Shown here: positions 6,947-15,641 of the stretch, piece by piece
Layout of the letters: the number at the start of each line of letters is the position of its first letter
How positions within the stretch are numbered: position 1 is the first letter of the stretch
Source of the DNA: Campylobacterota bacterium
GTDB lineage: Bacteria > Campylobacterota > Campylobacteria > Campylobacterales > Sulfurimonadaceae
Direction: 5' to 3'
DNA length: 18,764 bases
Assembly: GCA_034661055.1 (NCBI GenBank)
Contig: JAYEKO010000032.1
Location: forward strand, 1 to 18,764
The notes under the pieces: model-generated
The model's input: only the letters and a program-made list of their open reading frames with translations
Told to the model about the DNA's origin: nothing
Databases searched by the model: none
Position numbers and translations under genes: made by a program

Positions 6947-8878
6947 TTAAAGCGCTTTACTCATAATACGGTTTAGTTTAGTAATAAAACTGGCAGTATC
7001 TTCAAGTTCCATTCCACTAAATAGTTTTGCTTGATCTAGTAGTACAAACGCCGCATCATTGATGAGGTTTTGATCTGCTGTCTCTTTTAATTTAATGATG
7101 AGATCATGTTTTGGATTAATCTGTAAAATTGGTTTAATTGGTGGTACACCACTGTCTTGACCCATCTGTTTCATCATCTGTGCCATCATGTAACTTGGGT
7201 CTTCTTTGTCCTCTTTAAGGGCAACTGGTGATTCTGTAAGGTCATGGGTAATCTCAACTTTACCAACATTTTCACCTAAGATGTCTGCAAACTCTTTTGC
7301 TAAAGAGTCAAAGTTCTTTTCAGCCTCTTCGTCTGCTTTTTTCTCTTCCTCAGTCTCTTCAAACTTTGCATCACTTACATTTACAAATTTATACTCTTTA
7401 TACTCCGTCACCATTGGAAAAACAATCGTATCAATCTCTTCATTAAGCACTAAAACATCAAGACCTTTTGCTTTAAAACGCTCGAGTGCCGGTGAGCTTT
7501 TTAGCATTGCCAATGAGCTTTTACCTGTAATATAGTAAATCTCTTTTTTCTGCCCCAGGGCATCCTCTCTGGCTTCGCCATTCACCTCATCTTCACTTAT
7601 CGTTTTAATAAACTCTTCAACACCAACTTGTTCTGTACCGTTTAATGTATTAAAACGAATAAGCTCTAAAATTTTCTCTTTATTTGCATGGTCGCTGTAA
7701 AGCCCCTCTTTAATAACATTACCAAACTCAGCATAAAACTTAGCATAGGTCTCTTTATCTTTTTTGGCAATTTTACCGAGTTCAGAAAGTACTTTTTTAA
7801 CTGATGCATTTTTGATTTTTGCCATCACTGCATTGCTTTGTAAAATTTCACGACTTACATTAAGTGGAAGGTCTTTAGAATCTATAACACCCTTTAAGAA
7901 ACGCAGGTAGGTTGGCATAAGCTCTTTTTCATCATCAGTAATAAAAACACGATTAATGTATAGTTTAATTCCTGACTCATAATCGACACGGTACATATCC
8001 ATTGGCGCACGTGAAGGAATGTAAAAGAGTGTTGTGTACTCAATTGCACCTTCAGCTTTATTGTGCATCCATGCTAGCGGCTCATCAGAGTTGTGGGCAA
8101 GACTTTGGTAGAAATCTTTGTACTCATCATCACTAATTTCACTTTTTGAAATGCTCCAAAGTGCATTAGCACGGTTAATCTGCTCATTAACAATTTCAGT
8201 TGAAGCAGGAGTAGTCTCTTTACCGTCATCGTCTGTAACCGCAGGAATATGGTTCTCTTTGTCCATAAAAATTGGAAAAGGGATATGGTTTGAGTACTTT
8301 TTAATGATACTGTCAATTCTATGATGCTCTAAAAACTCACTCTCTTCATCATTAAGATAGAGTTTAATGCTCGTTCCGTGACTATCTTTGTCTGTTTCAG
8401 CAATATCAAATTCACCGTCTCCAGTGCTACTCCACATGTAAGCTTGCTCTTCACCAGCCTTTTTTGAAGTAACTTCAACCTTACTTGCTACCATAAAAGA
8501 TGCGTAAAAGCCGACACCAAATTGGCCAATAAGCTGTGAATCTTTTTTCTGATCGCCACTTAGACTCTCAACAAATGCTTTTGTTCCTGACTTTGCAATA
8601 GTTCCGATATGCTCAATAAGATCCTCATTGTTCATACCAATTCCGCTATCACTAATGGTTAGTGTTTTATCGTCTTTATCTACTGTAATATCAATACGCG
8701 GTGAAAAATTAACACCTTTGTATGCATCATCAGTTAGTGTTAGCATATTTAATTTATCGAGTGCATCAGATCCGTTTGAGACTAACTCACGTAGAAAAAT
8801 CTCTTTGTTCGAATAGAGTGAGTGAATCATAAGATGTAATATTTGATTTGCTTCGGTTTGAAACTTATGGGTTGCCAT
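6947..8878 (-). CDS. htpG: Molecular chaperone HtpG (Hsp90)
   Basis: HSLYSNKEIFLRELVSN, DSGIGM, IGQFGVGFYASF and DLPLNVSREILQ. AAGGA Shine-Dalgarno upstream. Confidence 0.98.
   Translation of the reverse strand: MATHKFQTEANQILHLMIHSLYSNKEIFLRELVSNGSDALDKLNMLTLTDDAYKGVNFSPRIDITVDKDDKTLTISDSGIGMNNEDLIEHIGTIAKSGTKAFVESLSGDQKKDSQLIGQFGVGFYASFMVASKVEVTSKKAGEEQAYMWSSTGDGEFDIAETDKDSHGTSIKLYLNDEESEFLEHHRIDSIIKKYSNHIPFPIFMDKENHIPAVTDDDGKETTPASTEIVNEQINRANALWSISKSEISDDEYKDFYQSLAHNSDEPLAWMHNKAEGAIEYTTLFYIPSRAPMDMYRVDYESGIKLYINRVFITDDEKELMPTYLRFLKGVIDSKDLPLNVSREILQSNAVMAKIKNASVKKVLSELGKIAKKDKETYAKFYAEFGNVIKEGLYSDHANKEKILELIRFNTLNGTEQVGVEEFIKTISEDEVNGEAREDALGQKKEIYYITGKSSLAMLKSSPALERFKAKGLDVLVLNEEIDTIVFPMVTEYKEYKFVNVSDAKFEETEEEKKADEEAEKNFDSLAKEFADILGENVGKVEITHDLTESPVALKEDKEDPSYMMAQMMKQMGQDSGVPPIKPILQINPKHDLIIKLKETADQNLINDAAFVLLDQAKLFSGMELEDTASFITKLNRIMSKAL
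7550..7585 (-). repeat. GC-rich double-hairpin segment in frame within htpG (candidate miniature palindromic element)
   Basis: 23 of 36 nt are G/C. Contains the inverted repeats TGGC-GAA-GCCA (7580-7570) and TGCCC-TG-GGGCA (7562-7551). Encodes VNGEAREDALGQ. Only one copy seen in this window. Confidence 0.5.
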
Positions 8879-8906
8879 AAATATAGTCCTTTTAAAATTT
8901 TTGTGA

Positions 8907-8936
8907 AGTATATCAAAAAAAAATTAACAAATGCAA
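8907..8936 (-). promoter_or_regulatory. Candidate htpG promoter
   Basis: Minus strand TTGCAT (8936-8931), an 18-nt spacer ending in TGA, then TATACT (8912-8907), giving a TGnTATACT extended -10. An A/T tract lies between the boxes. Confidence 0.55.
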
Positions 8937-8950
8937 GTAAACTCAACTTA

Positions 8951-8971
8951 AGTGAGTCATTATGACTAAGG
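8951..8971. promoter_or_regulatory. HAIR-like (HspR) operator
   Basis: AGTGAGT-CATTATG-ACTAAGG compared with the HAIR consensus CTTGAGT-N7-ACTCAAG. An extra ACTCAA half-site lies at 8941-8946. Directly upstream of a heat-shock gene. Confidence 0.6.
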
Positions 8972-8988
8972 ATTATTTAGTTTAGGGA

Positions 8989-9714
8989 CTAATACTTTAT
9001 TTTTGCTAGATAGAGTCCATTATGTGGAGCAAGGCGCGTAAGATGTCTTTTTTTACATGTAATCTGTTCTAGTAGATCATTTTGATTAAGTTTACCATCA
9101 CTAATATGGATCAAAAAGCTAACCATCATTCGTATCTGACTTCGTAAATAGCCGTTGGCTTCAAAGTGCAAAATAGTATATTTTTTATGACGATAAGCAG
9201 ATGCTCTGTAGATTGTACGTTCATAATTTGTAACTTCAGAGCCATTTTTTTTAAACATTTCAAAATTATGAGTACCTTCAAAAAGTTTGATTGCATGCGT
9301 TATTTTATTAAAATCCAACTTCTGCACAAAGGTAATGAATTCATTTTCAAATGGATTACTCTCACCTTCACATAAGATGTAGCGATAGACTCTTTTTTTT
9401 GCACTGTATCGGGCATGAAATGCTTCATTGACTGCTTCTATTTTTTTTACATGTATAGAAGCGGGAAGTTGGTAACTTAATGACTGTTTGAGTTTCTCGA
9501 GATTATCCCAAAAAGGTGGAAGATCTACATGTAAGACTTGACCTGTGGCATGCACGCCCCTGTCTGTTCGCCCTGAAGCAATTATTTTACTACTAATTTT
9601 AAGAGAATGTAAGGCATCACCAAAGCATCCTAAAACGGTATTTTTAGTATTGGACTGCTGTTGAGAGCCCATAAATTGGGCTCCATTGTAGCTAATGGTG
9701 AGTTTACAGCGCAT
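8989..9714 (-). CDS. truA: tRNA pseudouridine(38-40) synthase
   Basis: SYNG, SGRTDRGVHA (catalytic Asp), FHARYSA, YRY, and APHNGLYL. Confidence 0.96.
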   Translation of the reverse strand: MRCKLTISYNGAQFMGSQQQSNTKNTVLGCFGDALHSLKISSKIIASGRTDRGVHATGQVLHVDLPPFWDNLEKLKQSLSYQLPASIHVKKIEAVNEAFHARYSAKKRVYRYILCEGESNPFENEFITFVQKLDFNKITHAIKLFEGTHNFEMFKKNGSEVTNYERTIYRASAYRHKKYTILHFEANGYLRSQIRMMVSFLIHISDGKLNQNDLLEQITCKKRHLTRLAPHNGLYLAKIKY

Positions 9715-10745
9715 TAAAAACGGGCCACAACTTTAGTTCTGTAAAGGTAGTAGGTTACACTGATCCACGTTATGGTAACAAGAGGAATAGTGTAAAACAT
9801 AAATGTTTTCCTTAGTCCAAATGCTGCACCATAGTAAAATAGTATTACAAGAAATATTGAGAGGTAGAGATGCCCTTGTTGATGCCGTGCGTTGACAATA
9901 CCAATACCCATAACAGAGAAGATACTAAGTATGGGAAAGAGGCTGAGTATAGAGTACATAATGAATTTTCTATGCTTTCTTTTTTTAATATATATATTAT
10001 CACCACTACCTAGCCAGTAATCAATAGGGGTCTGATATTTATCTAAATTAAAGTTCATCATGTCGTTAATTATCATGGAGCTAAAGTTCATCTGTGAGAG
10101 TGATTGATCTGTGTAGCTGTAGCCCTCACCATCTTTTAGTTTGAGCTTCATAATGCCACCTTCACTAATGACTTCGGCTGTTTGTGCACCAATTAAAATC
10201 TCTTCTTTATCGCTTTTATTAAATAAGAATACATCTCCATATGTACCTTCATTGTTATTGTTTCCAATATAGAGCATCCAGTCTCCAAAGTTATGCCCAA
10301 ACTCTGAAGCACCCAAGTTAAATTTTGCTTCACTTGTTTTATATTGTATGAAGTTGCTAGAGAGAGTTTTGGTATGAGGAATCATAATAAAAAAATCGAA
10401 AATTAAAATTAGAGTTAAGAAGAGTGCAGGAGTAGATAGAATACTTAAGACTTTAAAAGGCTTAATACCTAAAGCAAAAATAACAGTCATCTCATTATCA
10501 CTTGAGAGTTTGTGTAGTGTTAGAGTCGCTGCAACAAAGAATGTAATGGGAAGGGTGAAAAAGAGTAGTTCGGGTGCAACAAAGGTGTAGAGTTTAAACA
10601 TCTCTAAAATACTCAGCTTAATTACCGAGGTCATCGTAGCTACTTTAATAATAAAAATAACCGATGCAATAGAGAACAGCGGAATAAATATTGAGAAAAA
10701 AAGTAGTGAAAAGTTACTGAGAATGTAACTTTTTAACTTACCCAT
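9714..10745 (-). CDS. lptF: LptF/LptG family LPS export permease
   Basis: Three N-terminal TM segments, TLPITFF...LSSDNEMTVIFALGI motif, periplasmic beta region and three C-terminal TM segments. Conserved position next to truA. LptF versus LptG assignment is not certain. Confidence 0.82.
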   Translation of the reverse strand: MGKLKSYILSNFSLLFFSIFIPLFSIASVIFIIKVATMTSVIKLSILEMFKLYTFVAPELLFFTLPITFFVAATLTLHKLSSDNEMTVIFALGIKPFKVLSILSTPALFLTLILIFDFFIMIPHTKTLSSNFIQYKTSEAKFNLGASEFGHNFGDWMLYIGNNNNEGTYGDVFLFNKSDKEEILIGAQTAEVISEGGIMKLKLKDGEGYSYTDQSLSQMNFSSMIINDMMNFNLDKYQTPIDYWLGSGDNIYIKKRKHRKFIMYSILSLFPILSIFSVMGIGIVNARHQQGHLYLSIFLVILFYYGAAFGLRKTFMFYTIPLVTITWISVTYYLYRTKVVARF

Positions 10746-11487
10746 ACATACGCTCCAGATAGCTCATAATTGGTGCATCAAAGATGTAAACAATCCATGT
10801 CGCCATCGCTAAAAAAGGAATGAAAGGAACCTGCTTGCTCTCATCGGTCTCATTACGCAACATCATCATAGCCGGCAGTGCCAGCACTGCAGAGAAGAAG
10901 ATAGCAACTAGAGTAAGCTTAACTCCTAAAAGTGCTCCCATAGTCGCTGCAATTATAATATCAGCCTCTCCCATAGCCTCTTGTTTTATAATGTAGGAGA
11001 TATAAAAACGTAAGAGTGAAAAACCACCTGCAAAGAGAAGGGCATTAACTGCATGTTCTAACGCCATACCCAAAGAGTATGCGCTAGCAATAGCTAGCGT
11101 CAGTGCTAAAAGGTTGAGGCTGTCAGGAACCATCTTGTGGTAAAAATCAATAATGCTAAGTGTAAGAAGCATTAAAAATGCTACTGCTATGCCAAGTGTT
11201 GGCAAGGAGATTCCCATTTTAATAAAAACAGCAGTAAAGATAAGTGCACTGATAAACTCAACAAGTGGGTATTGCGCGGAGATCTTTTCGTTACAAAATG
11301 CACACTTACCTTTTAAAAATAGCCACGAGAAAATAGGAATGTTATGCCACGGCTTTAAAGGAGTGTTACATTTTATGCAGTGGGATGCTGGAAATGCTAC
11401 ATTTTCATCCTTAGGAATACGAATGATAAGGACATTTAAAAAGGATCCAATGAGGGCTCCTAAGATAAATATAAACAAAAATTCCAT
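10738..11487 (-). CDS. Type IV prepilin peptidase (A24 family, PilD-like)
   Basis: GSFLNV, CIKC and CAFC zinc motifs, NIPIFSW, YPLVE, IDF first Asp, MGEAD second Asp, and VPFIPFL. Confidence 0.93.
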   Translation of the reverse strand: MEFLFIFILGALIGSFLNVLIIRIPKDENVAFPASHCIKCNTPLKPWHNIPIFSWLFLKGKCAFCNEKISAQYPLVEFISALIFTAVFIKMGISLPTLGIAVAFLMLLTLSIIDFYHKMVPDSLNLLALTLAIASAYSLGMALEHAVNALLFAGGFSLLRFYISYIIKQEAMGEADIIIAATMGALLGVKLTLVAIFFSAVLALPAMMMLRNETDESKQVPFIPFLAMATWIVYIFDAPIMSYLERMYG

Positions 11488-12167
11488 TATGTTACTCCTC
11501 CAAATCGACGTTCAATTGTTTTAAAGTCACTAATTATACTCTCTAACTCTTTAGATGTAAAATCGGGCCACAAGGTATCGGTAAAAAAGAGCTCCGCATA
11601 AGCAGATTGCCACAATAGATAGTTAGAAAGTCTGTGGTCACCTCCGCTGCGAATAAATAGATCAACATCTTTTTTACAATCAAGTGTAGCGGCAATGTCA
11701 TCATAGGTAACGTCAGCGCAATGTTTCTTAACTCTATTGACTGCACGGATAATCTCATCACGACCACCATAATTAAGAGCTAAGGATTGGGTTAATCCTG
11801 TGCATTGTGCTGTTTCTTTTTCAGTCTTCATAATTATTTTTTGAAGTTTATTAGAGAATTTACCAACATCACCAATTGCTCTAAATTTGACGTTGTTTTT
11901 TAGATAAAACAGCAGCTCTTTTTTTAGATACTTAGCGAGTAATTTCATTAGAAATTCAACTTCTAATTTGGGTCGTTTCCAATTCTCAGTGCTAAATGCA
12001 TAGAGCGTCAACTGCTTAATCTCTTTATGGTCAGAGCAGTAAGTGGTAATGTCCCGAACTATCTCTGCGCCGCGCTCATGTCCTTCAGCACGTTTGCGAC
12101 CACGATTTTGTGCCCAGCGTCCATTGCCATCCATAACTATAGCTATATGAGATATTTTATTTCCCAT
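11487..12167 (-). CDS. uppS: Undecaprenyl diphosphate synthase
   Basis: HIAIVMDGNGRWA, TLYAFSTENWKRP, NYGGR, RSGGDHRLSNYLLWQ and RRFGG. Confidence 0.97.
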   Translation of the reverse strand: MGNKISHIAIVMDGNGRWAQNRGRKRAEGHERGAEIVRDITTYCSDHKEIKQLTLYAFSTENWKRPKLEVEFLMKLLAKYLKKELLFYLKNNVKFRAIGDVGKFSNKLQKIIMKTEKETAQCTGLTQSLALNYGGRDEIIRAVNRVKKHCADVTYDDIAATLDCKKDVDLFIRSGGDHRLSNYLLWQSAYAELFFTDTLWPDFTSKELESIISDFKTIERRFGGVT

Positions 12168-13422
12168 TAAGTGCCCTTAGCAGCTCAAGTGATAGAGAGA
12201 GTTTATCATTTTTAGGAAGAGAAAGTGTTCTCTCGTTCGTAATAAGTTCAATAGCGTTATCACTGCTTCCAAAACTGCTAGAGTCTTTTAAGAGATTAAG
12301 ACAGACCGCATCAACCGATTTTTTATCAATAATAGCCTTAGCATTATCATAGGCATGCTGTTCATCCATCTCTGCTTTAAAGGCTATGGTAGTTATTCCC
12401 TCTTTGTTAATGGAGCTTAAAATATCAATATTTTGTTTTAGCTCTAGCGAATAAGTTTCACCAAGCATCTCTTTTTTCATCTTGCCATTTTGTGGAAAGC
12501 TTGGAATATAATCACTTACTGCTGCTGCCATAAAGAGGTAAGGCTTTTTTTGAATAAGATGAATCTGCTCTTCATTCATTAACGAGGCCTTGCTTAGTAC
12601 TCCTTTTTTAGCAATACGAACCGAGTCGGTTATGTACTCTAACATCTCGGCACTATCATCTACATGTATTTTATGCATGTTTTGTGGTAGTTCTGGTTCA
12701 AAACGTGTTGATATTAAGTTAACATCAGCACCCTTTAAATAGAGTGCAGTGGCAAGTGCTGAAGCCATTTTCCCACTTGAGAAATTACCAATGTATCGGA
12801 CATCATCAATTTTTTCAATTGTACCGCCACCTGTGACAATAACACGTCGATCACTCCAATACTCGTCTTTTAAAAGTAGACGTGATGCATGATAAAAGAT
12901 CTCAATAGGTTCTGCCATAGCTCCATCACCGGTAGTTTGACAGGCTAGCTCTTTGACTTGAGTGCTTACTATCTCATAGTTGGCAATACCTAGCATCTTT
13001 AAATTGGCTTTAGTCATGGGGTTGTTGAGCATATGTGTGTTGGCTGATGGTGCAATAAGTTTGACTTTAGGATCAGCTAATGCACACTGAAGTAGCAAAT
13101 TGTCAGCAATTGCATTAGATAGTTTACCTATGGTGTTGGCACTACATGGTGCAATGATGAATAGGTCAGCCCACTCTATAGTTTTGATGTGGTTATGGTC
13201 ACTACTCCATGACTCACTCTGCTCATCGAGTACGGCATTTCGGCTGAGTGCTTCAAAACTAAGTGGCGCAACAAATTTTTTGGCAGCATCACTCATAACT
13301 ACTCTAACGTCTGCACCTGCTTTAATAAACAGACGTACAAGATCTAATGTTTTATAGGCTGCAATAGAGCCGGTAACACCGATAAGAACTTTTTTACCTT
13401 TTAGTAAGTGAGGAGGAATCAT
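12157..13422 (-). CDS. coaBC: Bifunctional phosphopantothenoylcysteine decarboxylase/phosphopantothenate-cysteine ligase
   Basis: GVTGSIAAYK, APCSAN, LACQTTGDG, TGGGTIEKIDDVRYIGNFSSGKM, AAAVSDY and FKAE. Confidence 0.96.
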   Translation of the reverse strand: MIPPHLLKGKKVLIGVTGSIAAYKTLDLVRLFIKAGADVRVVMSDAAKKFVAPLSFEALSRNAVLDEQSESWSSDHNHIKTIEWADLFIIAPCSANTIGKLSNAIADNLLLQCALADPKVKLIAPSANTHMLNNPMTKANLKMLGIANYEIVSTQVKELACQTTGDGAMAEPIEIFYHASRLLLKDEYWSDRRVIVTGGGTIEKIDDVRYIGNFSSGKMASALATALYLKGADVNLISTRFEPELPQNMHKIHVDDSAEMLEYITDSVRIAKKGVLSKASLMNEEQIHLIQKKPYLFMAAAVSDYIPSFPQNGKMKKEMLGETYSLELKQNIDILSSINKEGITTIAFKAEMDEQHAYDNAKAIIDKKSVDAVCLNLLKDSSSFGSSDNAIELITNERTLSLPKNDKLSLSLELLRALNGK

Positions 13423-13430
13423 AATAATAA

Positions 13431-14729
13431 CTACTTTCTGCCAAAAAATTTATAGAAAAAGTTTGCCACTTTTTTCATTGGAGCTCTGCTCATAATAAGA
13501 TTTCCTTGCTCTACTTTTTTACATGTAATTGTAGTTCCTGCTGCGACCATGACGTCATCTTCAATAATTACTGGAGCAACTAGCTGAGAATCACTTCCTA
13601 CAAAAACATTTTTGCCAATGATGGTCTGATGCTTTTTCTTACCATCGTAATTACATGTAATTACACCGGCTCCAATATTACTTCCCTCATCAATAACACT
13701 ATCGCCTAAGTAACTTAGATGCCCTGCTTTAACCCCATTAAGAGATGATTTTTTGACTTCAACAAAGTTTCCAATATGGGTATTTTTAATGTGTGAAGCA
13801 GGACGAATATGTGCCATTGGGCCAATATCAGAGTTTTTGATAATACTATCTTCTACAACACTATGTGCTTTAATGAGTGAGGAGTTAATGAGTGTGTCAC
13901 CTGTAATACGTACACCGTTTTGGAGCTGTGATTCTCCCTCAAATGTTACACCCTCTTCAATATAGATGCTTGCAGGAAGTTGCATATTTACTCCTTGTGC
14001 CATCCAGTGTGCCTTAATGCGGTCTTGCATAATGACTTCGGCATCTGCTAAGTCAGCTTTGGAGTTAACTCCTTTGAAGTGCTCTTCATCAATTAAAAGT
14101 GGCTCAATTGTGCAGTTGTCTTGATTGGCAAGGGCAATAATATCTGTTAAATAGTACTCTTGCTGAGCATTGTTGTTGTCAATTTTAGGAATATAGGTCT
14201 CTAAAACGATCTTTTTAAAGGCGTAAATACCGGCATTGACATGCCTGATTTTTTTCTCATCATCACTAGCATCTTTGTCTTCTATAATGCGCTCGACACC
14301 TCTGTCTGAAATAACAACACGACCATAACCTGCTGGGTTTTCAAGATTAAAAATTGACATGATAATATCGGCATCTTTATCTAAAAAGCCACTTAGAGAT
14401 TCTTTAGTAATAAGAGGCATGTCACCATTTAGTACTAAGATATTATTATGTTGGACTGTGACATTTTTTAAAGCACCGCCGGTACCAGGAAAGCTTTCAG
14501 CATCTTGTGTTACAAAGGTTAGATTTTCAAAATAACTCTGCATGGATTCTATGACACGATCTTTTTGATGCGCAACAACAACAGTGATGTCGTCAGAGAG
14601 TTTTTTTGACTCTTTAATAATGTGATAAAGCATCGCTTTACCAGAGATTTCATGTAGAACCTTTGCCTTCTCAGACTTCATCCGAGAACCTTTTCCTGCT
14701 GCTAAAATAATAATTGAAAGATTGTTCAT
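13431..14729 (-). CDS. glmU: Bifunctional UDP-GlcNAc pyrophosphorylase/glucosamine-1-phosphate N-acetyltransferase
   Basis: [48 protein letters not shown] and NYDG. Start moved to the ATG at 14729 ([12 protein letters not shown]). Confidence 0.97.
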   Translation of the reverse strand: MNNLSIIILAAGKGSRMKSEKAKVLHEISGKAMLYHIIKESKKLSDDITVVVAHQKDRVIESMQSYFENLTFVTQDAESFPGTGGALKNVTVQHNNILVLNGDMPLITKESLSGFLDKDADIIMSIFNLENPAGYGRVVISDRGVERIIEDKDASDDEKKIRHVNAGIYAFKKIVLETYIPKIDNNNAQQEYYLTDIIALANQDNCTIEPLLIDEEHFKGVNSKADLADAEVIMQDRIKAHWMAQGVNMQLPASIYIEEGVTFEGESQLQNGVRITGDTLINSSLIKAHSVVEDSIIKNSDIGPMAHIRPASHIKNTHIGNFVEVKKSSLNGVKAGHLSYLGDSVIDEGSNIGAGVITCNYDGKKKHQTIIGKNVFVGSDSQLVAPVIIEDDVMVAAGTTITCKKVEQGNLIMSRAPMKKVANFFYKFFGRK

Positions 14730-14829
14730 AAGTATCACACTTTTTTTGTTGTATTCTATCCAATTTCTTTTAAATCTAGTAACTTTGAGCCAATTTTTGA
14801 AGTAAAAAATTATACTTAAATTTCTTTTG

Positions 14830-14838
14830 TGGTATGAT
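14830..14838 (+). promoter_or_regulatory. Extended -10 for the motA-motB-fliP-trmA unit
   Basis: TGGTATGAT (TGnTATGAT) 28 nt upstream of the motA ATG, preceded by periodic T-tracts typical of Campylobacterota sigma70 promoters. Confidence 0.45.
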
Positions 14839-14866
14839 AAGCTCAATTTACGCGTAAGGTATAGGA

Positions 14867-15631
14867 ATGGATTTAGGTAGCGTCATTGGTATCGTCTTGA
14901 TCTTAGCACTGCTTTTTGGTGCAATGGCTATGGGTGTTGGTATTGGAGCATATATTGATGTTCCTTCAATGCTGATTGTTATTGGAGGCTCTATTGGTGC
15001 CTTGATGGTCTCATTTAAACCGGAGCAGATGAAGCAGTTTACTAAAGTCTTTATGATTGCTATTAAGCCTCCGCAAGAAGATGCGACTGAACTTATTAAA
15101 AAATTGGTTGAGTATGCAACGCAAGCGCGACGAGATGGTATTCTATCTCTTGAGGCTGCTGCCAACACTGAGACAAATGAGTTCTTAAAAAAAGGGCTCT
15201 CTATGGCAGTTGATGGTAATGAGCCCGATACAATTCGAGAACTTTTAGAGATTGATATGGAGCAGACAAGTACGCGTCACAAGACACACGCTTCTATTTT
15301 TGACCAGTGGGCAGGACTTGCTGGAGCTATGGGTATGGTTGGTACGCTTATTGGTCTGGTTGCGATGCTTTTAAATATGGCTGACCCTTCAGCAATTGGT
15401 CCTTCAATGGCGGTAGCACTCCTGACAACAATGTATGGTGCGATGATTGGTAATATTTTTGGAACTCCAATTGCCAACATCTTAAATATCAGAAATGATG
15501 AAGAGGGCACTATTAAAGCGATGATTTTAGAAGGTATTATGTCAATTCAAGCAGGGGATAACCCACGAACACTTGAAGCTAAGCTTCTCTCATTCCAAGC
15601 ACCAAATGACCGTGTCAGTCAGTTTGATTAG
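14867..15631 (+). CDS. motA: Flagellar stator A subunit (MotA/PomA family)
   Basis: Four-TM pattern, [23 protein letters not shown] and [15 protein letters not shown]. Confidence 0.94.
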   Translation: MDLGSVIGIVLILALLFGAMAMGVGIGAYIDVPSMLIVIGGSIGALMVSFKPEQMKQFTKVFMIAIKPPQEDATELIKKLVEYATQARRDGILSLEAAANTETNEFLKKGLSMAVDGNEPDTIRELLEIDMEQTSTRHKTHASIFDQWAGLAGAMGMVGTLIGLVAMLLNMADPSAIGPSMAVALLTTMYGAMIGNIFGTPIANILNIRNDEEGTIKAMILEGIMSIQAGDNPRTLEAKLLSFQAPNDRVSQFD

Positions 15632-15641
15632 GTCGTAAAAG

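Noticed and set aside
8190..8262. Acidic segment KENHIPAVTDDDGKETTPASTEIV in HtpG as a second insertion
   Set aside because: It corresponds to the normal variable charged linker of Hsp90 and has no hairpin signature.
14730..14846. 39-aa N-terminal extension on glmU
   Set aside because: It is AT-rich divergent promoter DNA. The GlmU LAAG motif follows directly after the Met at 14729.
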